This document shows positions 12,065 through 23,801 of a stretch of DNA of 64,000 bases, piece after piece. The DNA is taken from contig OZ038378.1 in the NCBI GenBank assembly GCA_964036045.1, forward strand, positions 146,382,001-146,446,000, written 5' to 3'. The position numbers were made by a program, and so were the translations under genes. Origin of the DNA: Eutreptiella sp. 'Long Island Sound 2002'. Lineage: Eukaryota; Protista; Euglenida. Within the stretch, counting starts at the first letter, position 1, and each line of letters opens with the position of its first letter. Under the pieces are notes generated by a model. It saw nothing but the letters and a program-made list of their open reading frames with translations. It was not told the origin of the DNA and did no database searches.

Positions 12065-12480
12065 ATGAGTTATGTTGTTCTTGCGCCCCGTCGACGGGCT
12101 TCGGGAAACTGGGTTGAGAGACACTGGCATAGGTGCAGAGGGGCTAGAGGCCGTGCTCCTGCCGAGGCACCTTCGTTCAGGTACATGAAGCAAGAAAAGC
12201 AATCAAACCGGATGTTGTGTCAAGAGGCATCTAATGCTTCGACTGCATTCACCGCACAAGGCAGCAGCTCTGCAAAGCGCGGATGCAACGTGACGTCATC
12301 CTCAAGCACCACGTAAAGCTCACCCGACCGCCCTACGCCCTGCGTGGAGCAGGTGATGCAGCAACCCCTCCCAGCTCCTCAAAAGGCCCACCATCCCCTG
12401 CAGGGAGAGGCGTGCGTTACGGCGCTTGAACACTTTCAGGGGGTCCTTTCGTTGGCCCTCCCTGATGAAGGCTCTTAGCG
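12065..12480 (-). pseudogene. Glycosyltransferase family 25-like pseudogene fragment
   Basis: Own translation: GMVGLLRSWEGLLHHL / frameshift / ELYVVLEDDVTLHPRFAELLPCAVNAVEALDAS*HNIRFDCF. The VLEDD motif is GT25-like; the in-frame TGA falls where Trp would be expected. Confidence 0.45.
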
Positions 12481-12614
12481 GGCTGCGCTGAAGGAAGGCA
12501 GAAGATCACGGATCACGACGTCTGGGACACTCGCCGGCTGGGGGCCATGCATTTGAGGCGCTGCGCACGGGGTGCATCTACAACCAACGGGGAACCCCGA
12601 ATACCTGGAGCAAT

Positions 12615-12675
12615 CGGTGATCGAGTGGTAAACACCCACTTGATGCGCAAGCGTCGTCGGTTCAAATCCTTCTAA
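12615..12675 (+). other. tRNA-derived (Pol III A/B-box) sequence; no intact cloverleaf
   Basis: TGATCGAGTGG (A-box-like, 12618) and GGTTCAAATCC (B-box, 12659). B-boxes also occur at 25652 (+) and 33712-33722 (-). Confidence 0.4.
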
Positions 12676-12728
12676 GCACAAACTTTTGACCACCCACCCC
12701 CACCCCCCTCCTCCTAAAATGTGACATT

Positions 12729-13473
12729 GGGGGAATGTTTGCCCGGCGCGCGCCCGGCGCGCTACTTTTAGACTATGTTCCCCCCAAAGAGCCCCCAAGC
12801 ACACCCCTTGGAAACGCCCTTAGAATTAGGTGACCCAAACTGCCCCAGCTCAAGAAAGTTGCAAACTGGGGTACACGAGACCACTCTCGCTCCTTTAAGG
12901 GCGATCTTGGTCGACACCTTAGCAAGTTGGGAGAATGGGGGGTTAGGATAGCACAACCACATCGATCTCCAGTAGAAGCGATAGGCGTTATTGAGGTATC
13001 GCGAACAGTAGAGCTGCATCATAACATTGGTCCCACAAGTGTGGGTGTCAATACATTCAGTACAATAGTGCTCCTTACACTCATCACAAACTGCGACGGT
13101 GGAGCGTTCTGGCAACACAACACACACACTTCTGCCTCATCCTCTGCCTCATCTTGCGTGCCACAACCGAGCAAACAGCTGCTCAATGTGTGCCCTATAC
13201 CACCCGTGCACGTCATTGTAACATTGTTGGCGGGCTGTCAAAGCGCCATTCTTTCTTCCAATGAATGGCACAATGACATGAACCCGGCCCTTATAAGCAC
13301 CATCATGACCGAGAAGGTCAATACCCATCCCAAATCAAAACATCTGCTGATGTCCCCGGGGCCAAGGGGCAAATCCATATAATGTTGCCCAACATATCAA
13401 CGGCAACAGTCCACCGGTAGGGCACGGGTCACAAAAGATGCCCGGCGCGCGCCCGGCGCGCTAACGTTCCCCC
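12729..13473 (-). mobile_element. PIF/Harbinger-type non-autonomous element with a transposase C-terminal fragment and a captured methyltransferase-like fragment
   Basis: TSD ATT/ATT; TIRs GGGGGAATGTT / GGGGGAACGTT; subterminal GCCCGGCGCGC repeats. Minus-strand LLGHDGAYKG...YNDVHGWYRAHIEQLFARLW is DDE_Tnp_4-like, followed by WLCYPNPPFSQLAKV..KIALKGARVV.CTP. Confidence 0.75.
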
Positions 13474-14129
13474 ATTAAGTTTCAGGGGTATAGAGGCCTC
13501 AAAATGAAAAAAAACCATTGGGGGATTGTTTTGTCAGGCAATGACCCCCCCAAAGGGGGGGGGGGTACAGGTCCGCACCTGCGCTTGATCTAACAACCTC
13601 TCGTCGAGGTGAATTCTCTCCTATGAGGAACTACAGCACATCTGTGCACTGGATGATCTCACAACCCTTCTTCGAAAGGTCTCACCGCTACACGCAATGT
13701 GTGGGAGTTTGAGAATGGGGCGGAGTCTTTTGGCAAGTGCATTTATTGCATCCTAACAGACAGTAGTGTGGGCAGTGCCAAGGAAGCTGGGTGGACATCC
13801 CAGTTCAGCTATGCTAATGCACAATTTAGAAGAACCTCCAAAGTACGTAGTATGAAACAACAATGTCCCCGATACCACAAAAAAAATGGGTGTCTGATGC
13901 AGCATAGTATGAAAAATGCGAACAATGCACACACAGTGCACCCCCCCCCCGCCACCTAAGGCTGCAACCATAGGCAAAAGTGTAAGACAATGACCAAATT
14001 TCACTATAGCAAAGTGATTGGCATCCTGTACAAGTTCCGAGTATTGACAAGCGCAGTCACAGCACAGTGCCTGAACTACAACACATAACCTTCGGTCTGG
14101 CAGCCAATGGAGCATACCTCCAACGGTGG

Positions 14130-15750
14130 CAATGCTGTTTTTCGCGGATTAGCATGAAAATGACATGGGAACAAACAGTGCAGTGAATGTAGAGAAGGCG
14201 AGGAAACTGCTAGAACAGAGGAAGGAAGAAGAAGGAAGAACGCAAGCAGGCAATTTAGGGGATCTGCAAGATTATGAGGTCTTGTGTTTGCACAGCAGTC
14301 AGGCAGCGGGGCATAATGGGGGGGGGGGGGGTTGCCCGGTGTGTGCCCGGCGCGTGCCCGGCGCGCTACTTTTGTCTTAACTATCCTGACATATCAAGGG
14401 CAACAGTTACGTTGTAAACATGTGATGCATACTTAGAATTCCACAGGTCAGCACTCCATATGCCACCAATGGAAATGATGGGCATGGAGTCCGTGAAATG
14501 TGTCAGAAAAAACGGAAAATGGGGACAATCATTGAAAAGATTCAACCTGTTGCCCAGTTTACAAGATGGTTAAGGAATTCGCGAACACAGGCAATGCTTT
14601 GACACCAAGCCGCCTCCGAACACCCTTCGGTGCCCAACATGAAAGCACCGGTTTCTGCCGGTAGGTAATCTCAACCGGAAAGGATCCAGTCCATATCCCC
14701 AACTAGAAAAGCCGGTCCATATCCCCAACAGGAAAGGGGCCAACCAAAAAGCGTGGAGTGGATTAGATACCTAGCGCGCGCCCGGCGCGCTGACGCTCCC
14801 CCATATACCTGGGTCTGAGGGGGGGTCCTTGAGTTTTTAAAAACCTGCGCGCCCGTATATGTATCTGGTTGACTGGACGCACCATTGCTGGTCAATCCGT
14901 TACCACCCTCAATCCTGTCGCGAAGTCCACATCCCGCACATAATCATGTATTGTTGGCTCATAAGGGGGAAAAAGGTCTGGCAAGAAATTGGGATCTAAT
15001 GCAGTTCTGATAAACCCAGCTCTGATGACATGCAACACAGCAAACAATCTCTGTGAAAGACAAACATCCCCAGCCCCAAAACCACAGAAACCTCGACCTT
15101 CACACCACACGAGAAAATGGAACCGCCAAATCAATGGTTCCAAAAAATGACGGGAACAATGTGTGCGTTGTTTGCGCAAGGCGGTTACTTGTTAAAGCAG
15201 GACACGGGGTCCACCAATTTGATAACGCATGCAGGCCAACCCCCTGCTATCCTCATCAATGTACGATTCTGCACAAAATGTGTTGTTGCTGGCGCAAAAG
15301 GGTCCCACCACTCCCCGCTTGAGATTACTATCTACAATCTGCTTTTCGCGGATTCGCATGAAAATGACATGGGCATGAACAGTGCAGTGAATGTAGAGAA
15401 GGCGAGGAGCGAAGAAACTGCTAGAGCAGAGGAAGGAAGAAGAAGCAAGAACGGAAGCAGGCAATTTGGGGAACCTGCAAGATCATGAGGTCTTGTGTGT
15501 TTTTTCTTTGGCTCAGACCAAGGTGAGCTGGCGTAGCCTGCTCACTTCACAGTTCTCGAGGTAACCCCTCGGAATCAAGGTTCAGAGCTGTCCAGTGCTA
15601 CGATCACCCCACAAATGACTGTGGTAGCGGATCTGACACGTAGTGAGGATTTGCTGAGTCTGAAACCAGGTGCAAACACAAGACCTCATGATCTGCAAGA
15701 TCATGAGGTCTTGTGTTTGCGCAGCAGTCAGTCAGTAGGGCATGATGTAA
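14130..15750. repeat. Locally duplicated ~180-bp segment (14130-14310, 15340-15490, partial 15690-15750)
   Basis: Shared tttcgcggatt(a/c)gcatgaaaatgacatggg...gtgaatgtagagaaggcgagg...gcaagat(t/c)atgaggtcttgtgt. Confidence 0.7.
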
Positions 15751-18700
15751 ACCTGGGTCAGATTGGGATCAACGAGGCTTCCCAGTCTGGCAGGACCTGA
15801 AAGTGCTCTCGAGAACACTGTTGGCCTTCGGGGAACTGTCTGAAAGCATGTAGAGCAGCCACATACACTGGCACAGTATATGATTTGGCCTTTCAGATTA
15901 TCATCTCGGGTCAATCTGCACTGATGTAGTTGATCCATGGCTGGGAATGGGGGGGGGGGGGGGTGTTGCGTAAAGCTCGCCGACAAACAACAATTCTGGC
16001 ACCAGATGAGTGGCAGGCACGTCACAAGGGCACACTTGACCGTCGCTCCAGGACTGGAGCAGACCATGGCTGGACCTTGTTGACGGCGGCCTGTCTGCTT
16101 CAAGCAGTTAATTGTTGGACAAGGGCCCGGGTACCCCCCCCCCCCGTGTCCAACGAAAAATTTTGTCCTTAAAAAATACGGTCCGAACAGGAGTGTTCGT
16201 TGGACACACGGTTCAGTGCGCGCGAAAATTTTGTGAAACGGCGGTAACAAATCCCTCGGCACAAGCTACCCACCCCATTCAAAAGCACAATGCGATGGAG
16301 GCCTCCAATCAGCACTTTTCAGAGTAGAAGCCCTTGTTGTGGTCCCGCTTCATGCGGAAAAGTTGAACGTGCACCCTGGGCTTCAGGGCCCTGCCTGTTC
16401 TTGGCACGAGCAGAAATGGTGGTACCGATTGTATTGCACCTCCCGGCCAGGTGCAAGCAGAGAATCACCCAAGGTGGGCACTAGAGGTCCTGTAGTTGAG
16501 GACACCATTCCCCCACAACCTGCTGCACAAATTTGCCCACCAGAGGCTTCAAGGGAGGAGATGTGATTCCAGGGGTCGACTAGCCATGCCATACAACGAC
16601 ATCAATGGTGGGAGGATTGCCACCAGAACATACAGCACAGACACGCATTCGCTGGCAGTGCACCAACGGGAGGGGGGGGGGGTGAACATGACAAATGGGG
16701 TTACAGGTCAGTGTTGGCGGTCATCCCCAGCACACGACACCAAAGTCTGCTACGGTTCACAGCTGCACACACAGCCCCTCCCCCGTACACAAGCACAGCC
16801 AAACTCAAACTCAGGCGAGATTGCGCTCAGATAGGGGGTGTGCTTGAGCAAGAACCGTAGCACAGCAGCAAAGGCGAGTTGCGTGGGGTTAGGGGTGTGA
16901 TCGGTATGCGCCAGACATGCAGGGGAAAGCAACATGAGCCATGGCTGGCAGCCACATCAAAACAGGCGAAAATGGGCTGGAGTGTTGTTGTCACGGCAAC
17001 AACTCTTCGCAGGCCCTCTTTCCCACCACAACTGGACCGCAAACATGCCTTTTTGCATTCTTGACCACCACACCAGTGGCCGTAGAACGGCGGTGGTCGT
17101 CACCCTCCGGAGTCACTCCGGGATCGCTCACGGTGCATTGTCGTGAATACGGCGCCGGGGGTGCAGCCACAAATGTCAGTTCTCTCTGCGTTAGTCCACA
17201 CAGGCCTTTAGGCTCCGTTGACACTCTCAGGATTACCCTGCCCTCCTTGCCACCGCTACTTTCAACAGGGGGTGTCACTCACTTCCGTGCTAAACCCCGA
17301 CAAGTCTGGGCCCAAACTGACCCTCCGGCGGTCACTGACACCGGCGCTGGTCCTTGAGCTCGTCCCCCCTCCCCCCGACAACTCACTGCACTGAGATGTC
17401 GTCACTAGACAGCCCACTTGGGCGTTGCTTGGCCATAGAACGGTGGAAAGTCCAGCGATAGGTCCCCACCAACAGACCTACGCCCGCACATTCACAGTAC
17501 ATTGTCATGAATACGGCGGCAAAGCCGTCGCCACAGATTGTGCTTGACACAGTCCAGATTGTTCCTCAGAGGCCTTTAGACTCTGTGGAAGTGCTCTTGA
17601 TTATCCCTGTTCCTTAGGCGTTGCTTGGCCATAGAACAGTGGAATGTTCAGCAATAGGTCCCAACCGACAGACCTATGCCCTCATACGACAGGTATCACG
17701 CGGCGGAGCCGCGACACACATGGTCCGTTAGGCGTTGCTTGGCCGGGGAGGGGGGGGGGACCGTCCCTGTGGGCCCCAAAGCCGGACGGCAACAACGGTG
17801 TTGCCTGGGCAGCGGGTGGTCGGTACCCCCCCCCCCCCCTTGTCGTTCCCCACCCCAGGGAAGACGGTCCCCCACCCCCCCCCCCCCCCTGGGGAACCGC
17901 ACTACCACCGTACACGCACATTTGCAGGCACAGAAATTGCAGCATTCGTCATAAGATGCGTTCAAAGGGCTGCCAATGTACGGAGACCTACTCCTTGACC
18001 AACTCGGTGTAAATTTTCTTGGTCCTGCTCCACCTGACCTTGAACTCTGGCACATGCTCACCACTTTCCACTGGAATGCTTTGGGCAGCACTCTTGGGTG
18101 GTGGTTTTGCCACAACAACACAGTGAGCCGCAACGAAAAATTTTGGGTTGAGCAAGTGACGGTCCCCCACCCCCCCCCTGGGGAAGGACAAGGGGTGGGG
18201 AAGGACAAGGGGGGGGGGGGGGGGCTAGAAGCACTCAATGCCCCCGCCGCAGACGCTCACAGCCATCGGTCCTCGTGTTGCAAGCCGCTGGCGCGCACCA
18301 AGGAGCCCAGGATGAGGGAGGGGCTGCAGGCGGACACCGGCAAGGGAAGGGAGGGATACAGGAACGACGGCGATGTCGGGCGCAACGCCGGTCTTTGCCC
18401 ATGACCCTCCGACCGGGTTGAACCAGGTCATGGTGCGCTACGGGTGGCGGTGTGAGGACAGTACCATGCTCCCCCCCCTTCATTTTGGATGTGGAATGAT
18501 TGCAAAGGGCAATGCACAAAAAGCGCCCCTCACAGGGCCCGTGTATGGGCTGAAGTCTCGTCATTGTGCGACCCTCGTTGGGGGATCAATGGTTGGTTCT
18601 GATCCACTGAATGTCCCCGCCATAGACACTTTAGACCCTCGTGGGTGGGGGGGGGGGGGGGGGCATGGTGCACGGCAACATCGGACCCAACTGCCGAAGT

Positions 18701-21700
18701 GCCGGCAATGCCGCCAAAGCCTGTGCGGTCCGTCGGCTTCGGCATGGGATGTCGCGAGCGCAGGCAACCTCCTGTTCCAGTGCACCAGCGGTGAGGGCTT
18801 TGTCACTGGTGCGCCGGGCGCACGGCCTCCGTGCGCACCCGCCCATTGGGAACCTCCAAAGTCCCCTCACCCCCAAAAGGAAGGCACCAGCCTCACAGTG
18901 TGGACAAGCCCAGCGCACGCGGTGCAGAGAGCAGACAGGAGGCGGGTAGAGGTCAGCGACCATCATCAGAAGGTCGTCAAGGCAACCGCGAGGCCGATTG
19001 CGGAGGGCCCACGAGCCCCCGGCACCAGCGGAAGGCCCCGCCACATCCTCAGCCGGGGCGTCAAAGCAGTGCAAGAACCCCCTGCGCCCCGGCCGCCTGC
19101 GAGGGCCGAAGGGCCGAGACAGGAGACCATCCTTCCGGACCGGGGGCCGCGTGGCACGTGTGCCCGTGGCTGGGGTGTGCGCCACGTAGGGCACTGGCGC
19201 GTGGAAAGACCAATCTCCGACTCAATGCCAAGTTCAGACGCCCTCCTCAATTGCCGGACGATGCGCTTCGCCGTGCGCATTGGAACGGACAGTGCACGCT
19301 GCATCCGTTTCTGCGTCCCAAAGCGTGGCTCAGCCGCGGATTGCGTTTGCACAAACCTCACGACCCATGGCCCTGCGACACCCCTGCGCTGTGGCAATGC
19401 TATGCTTTGCTCTGAAGGGGAGTTTGGAGAGAACCATCGTGCAGCGTCCGGCAGGGGCCATGTGGCCGGGGCCATGAGGATGTGACGGTTCAACTGAAAT
19501 GCTCGGAGGAGTCGTGACTCACACATGAATTGTAGCACACATCAAGGCCAGTGCAAAACAATGCAGCCGACTTGGGTGGAAAATGGGATACGCACATCGC
19601 CATCTGCGCAGTCGCGGTCGAGGGTGGTTGTCGAGGGCTGTCGAGGGCTGTTCACGATTCTTGAGGGTTGTTGAGGGTTGTGAAGGGTTGTTCAGGAGGA
19701 TATCATTGGGTGGTGGGTGTCGAGGCTCTCGAGGATGGCACAGATACAGGGCGTCAGATGTGATCATCTTGTGCCGGTGGCATATCAGATGACATTAAGG
19801 AGCGAGCCTAGTGTGAAACCAGGATGAAGTGGGGTGTGTGTGGGGGGGGGGGGGGGGTCGCCATTTTTACCAGGTCTCCCGGTGGAGCCTGCATGGCCAC
19901 ACTGGGGTCCTGGGGTCGGGTCACTCCCCATTAGTGCAGGCCCACGGTGCAGGCCAGGGGTGCTTCCCTGTGTTGCCCCTCGACCGGTGCGATATGCACT
20001 TCAGGCCAGACCCTGGCGCGCTGCCCCAGGACCACCCGGGAAGTGGGGTGGTGGCTCCGTGGCCTCCGCCGGGCCAGCTCCACGGTAATAGTTCAACGAG
20101 CCCGTCATCGCCATGTCGCCCCGTGTGTTGTGTGTGTTTTTGGGGCTTTCACAGCTGGTGTATGTCTGTGTGTGCATGTGGAACTGGTCATTTTTTCGTA
20201 CATTCGTTCAGCCCATGTGAGGATCTGTGTCCAAAATCTGAAGCTGGCGACGAACTTGAAACCCAATGCGACATATCCCGATGGCATATTCATTCTGTGT
20301 GGACACAGACGCATGACCGGAGATGAGCAGGAGGCTTTAGACATTGAACGCACATTGATGAGTGTCAACAACATACAATGGGGATGGCCCCCTGGTGACT
20401 GCCGCGATGGAGGGGCGCCGCAGCGGACTCTCACGCTCCCAGAACGCCAGTGTGACGCGGAGAGTCATGAGGTGGGCTGTGGACGTCTGAGAAGGGCCGG
20501 GAGTCGTTGACGGCCTGCGAGAAACAGTGGTCTGCGGCCGCTTCCGTTTGGCATTGGCACAGAATTGTGGACAGTCCCAAGGCCACTCAAAAGACACGAG
20601 GGGCACAGCCGTACAGTCCTTGCCAGGCCTTTGCTGAGTGGGGGCGGGGGCTGGGGGTGACCCCCTGCCCTGGTGAGAGGATCTCAGTAAGATCCAGCCC
20701 CACATGCCAGTCAGCTCCGTAGGAAGGAGCCCCGCCCTATGGGCAACTGAGTAGGACCCAGCGCCATCCACAAGGCTCCTCACTATGAACCCGCCCTGAC
20801 CCCCCCCCCCATTAAGCAAAGGCCTGGTCCTTGCCGACAGGCCACAGGCGTCTGGCAGGGGAACCGTGTTTCGTGGGCACTCTGCCCCGAAGCATGCGCC
20901 ACTCCGCCGTGTTCCTCGTCCGGCGAAGCGGGACTCAACGCGTCCGGATCCCGACGGGGCTCCGGATCAATAGCCTGACCTGGCGGTCTGGGACACGGGG
21001 AAGGCACAGGGTGGGGGGGGGGGGGGGGGGGCATGAGAAGGAGGGCGGCGATGGGACCGGAGGCAGTGCTGCCGCGAGGGGACGGAAAGGGAGGGACCAA
21101 GATCGGAGGGCGAGGCCAGGACGAGGCTGCAGCACGTTGCCCTTTGCTGACGCAAGGCGTCTCTGGCCAAAGGAACGGGGCGCCCCCGCCGCAGCAGAAG
21201 TTCGGGTGATGGTCAGAGAACGGGAGCATGACGGACAAACGGACAGACAGTGGGCACGCAGTCGCCCCCCCCCCCCCCTACCCCCTCCCCCCCGTACCCC
21301 CTCCCATACTCCCTCCCCCCCCGCACCCCCCCCCCTCCCCCGTACCTCCGGGTTAGGGGGGGGAGGGGAGCAACTTCGTGCCACATGTGACGGACAAGCG
21401 GACAAACTCCGTCATGAGAGGCCACGCCCTCTGGCATTCCCGGAGAGCGACGGGGAACCCACGGCACCAGCGTGCGACAGGGACGCGATGGAGCGAAGAC
21501 GCTGCCTCAGGGGCCCCAGGGCCATCGCAGGTGCGAGCGCAAGGCCCCCGACGGACCGGCAGCGCAAGCACATGCGACCACCAATGGACTGATTGAGAAC
21601 AAATTTGCCTCCGTTCTACACGTGCTCACTGCTATCAAGGGAAAGGAATATGGTGCATGCATGCTAGCAGATTTGGCATACCAGGATTCCTTGCCCAAGG

Positions 21701-23045
21701 ATGGTGGCACATCCTACTGTATGGTGGAGGCCCCAAGGATAGTACGCAAATGGATGCACGAGCACACATACGAACACATCCACTGGTTGACATGGAAGCC
21801 ACTGAAGGGGTGATGCCGTGGGTGTACTGGGGGGGGGGGGGCCTCGGTGCGGTCCCTCACCGGGCGCCGGGCCATCGGTGCCTCCATGTGGGCCCCTTGG
21901 GGCACGGGTGCAGGCCACCGACACGCGGATCCACCTCCGCATGGACCAGCTCAGGCCCCGGCGGTGGACAGCCCTCAGTCGTAATGCGGGGCCTGCACTG
22001 CACATGGCCACATCGTCCCACGGTCGTCCCGCGCGCCCGTCCGCAAGGCCGGCGGCGGCGCGGTCCTGAGGCGATCATACACTTTGTGTTGTCCGGGAGG
22101 AGGCGGAACGGCACGGGCCCGTGAGCGGGGATGCATTGGAAGGGAAGGGACCTCAAAGGCGGCCCCAGCAGCGGTTAGACAGGCGGTTGGAGGAGGTTGC
22201 CCAAGCGGTTGGGGGCGGTTACTGTCGGTTACAAATGCCATTGAGGCTGGCACTTGGCGTCAGGGAGACGGTGGCCGGGCATAGGCTGGGCGCCCTGGGG
22301 GAGGGGGGTACCTCCCCCCCTTCCAATGCATCCCTGCCCGTGAGCAGGTCGTACCACACAACTGTGTCCCGGGGTCTTGGCCGTTGGCCACTTGAGGACA
22401 GCCGCCACGCCCCAACTCCGAACACAGGGGCTCGCTTCATCGGGAGGGGTTCCCCATTGATCCCGCAGAACCGCCGGAACGCGTGCCACGACCCCCACCG
22501 CGGGGCTGCTGGCGTCGAAGGCGGGAGATGCGGACACACTCCGACGGACGGGCACCATCGGCGGAGATGAGGGCCCAGGGCGGGAGCAACCGCCCGTCGG
22601 ATGAGCGAACGAGCTCCCGGGGGGTACTCGATGGGGGCCGGGCCCGACCGCTGGACGTCGGCAGGGGAGGGGGGGGGGGGGGGGAACCGCTCGGTTTGGC
22701 CCGGGACTGCCCCCCCCCCCACTGACTGTTGGCCGGAGGCCCCCGGAGGGGGGGGGGGGGGCCAAGGCCAAGCGTTGGTTCATCACAGGCTCCCATACCC
22801 CCCCCCCCGCCCCGCGTGGACATCCGCAGTCATCGGCGGACACCAATCGGAACGGCCGCCAGTCGACGGTCCTCCACCGTCGCTCCACCGCAGCTCTGCC
22901 ATGCGAAGCCTCGAGGCGGTCGGCGGCGGGACGGCGACCGCCGCAGTCCCGCGGCCGACGGGAAGGGCCGTGCGGAACCGCGCGGGGCGTCCCACGGGCC
23001 GGTGCGCGCGATGGACGGCCACGGGGATGCCCCCCGGCGGCGGCC

Positions 23046-23801
23046 TCAGACGGGGACGCCGTTCACGAAGACCACCCGCTCGCCCGGGGACAGGACCTCC
23101 ACGGGGACCGCCTCCACGGCCGCCCCCTCGAACGCCGGCATCGCCGGCGCGCCCCCGTCCGCCACCGCCAAACCGCCGCCCGGCGCGGGCCCTCGCGCGG
23201 CCTCGATCGGGACCCCGAGCACCGGGGCGGGCAGACTGGCGCGGAGGCGGAACGTGCCCGCCTCCGCGTCGATGGCGGTCAGCTCCAGGCGCAGCAGGCC
23301 CCCGAGGCACGCCCGGGCGATGGCGGGCAGCGCCGCGCCCAGCACCGGGACGGCGGCCTGGGCCCAGCGCGCGCGCACGCGCCGGGCCCGGCCGGGGCTC
23401 GTGAGCAGGACGACGATGCAGATCGGCACGAGGAGCGTCAGGAGGATGCCGATGGCCCCGAGGGCGAACTTGGCGCGGGAGAAGCCGAGGAACACCAGGA
23501 GGCACCCAGCAATAAAGCCGACGCTGGCCCCGACGTACGAGCCCCAGTCCAGCAGTCGGAGGCAGCGGAGGTCTTGCTGGGCGCTGGGGTCGGCGGAGTT
23601 CAGCACCTGCTCCACCTCCTTGAGTGCCAGGGCCCAGCCCACTTCCGTGACGGTGCCGCCGAAGTCCTTGGGGTACGCCCCTTTCAGGATGGCCACGGTG
23701 TGGTCGACGAGGGCGATGGGCATCTCGTGGGAGCGGCGGAGGCTGACGCGCCGCATGTCGGTGGGCTGTGGCGTCTCGGGCTGAACGACGTTGTTGCCCA
23801 T
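23046..23801 (-). CDS. Intronless 251-aa membrane protein with two adjacent TM helices; function unknown
   Basis: Very GC-rich ORF with strong GC3 bias, MGNNVVQ start, hydrophobic YVGASVGFIAGCLLVFLGF and FALGAIGILLTLLVPICIVVLL. The other frames give only Arg/Pro/Gly shadow ORFs. Confidence 0.8.
   Translation of the reverse strand: MGNNVVQPETPQPTDMRRVSLRRSHEMPIALVDHTVAILKGAYPKDFGGTVTEVGWALALKEVEQVLNSADPSAQQDLRCLRLLDWGSYVGASVGFIAGCLLVFLGFSRAKFALGAIGILLTLLVPICIVVLLTSPGRARRVRARWAQAAVPVLGAALPAIARACLGGLLRLELTAIDAEAGTFRLRASLPAPVLGVPIEAARGPAPGGGLAVADGGAPAMPAFEGAAVEAVPVEVLSPGERVVFVNGVPV

Noticed and set aside
167-12230. Stop-codon reassignment (TGA where Trp is expected at ~12220; TAG at 167)
   Set aside because: TGA and TAG terminate the LINE ORF, GLT1D1 and the ARF-like gene at the expected positions, and long ORFs have no internal stops; these are more simply nonsense mutations.
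12615-12675. Functional tRNA genes (also ~25650, ~33715, ~41930-41990)
   Set aside because: Only A/B-box remnants; no acceptor stem or complete cloverleaf could be folded.
22229-23784. Overlapping 219-351 aa Arg/Pro/Gly-rich ORFs
   Set aside because: Shadow frames of the GC-rich 23046-23801 gene and its 3' region.
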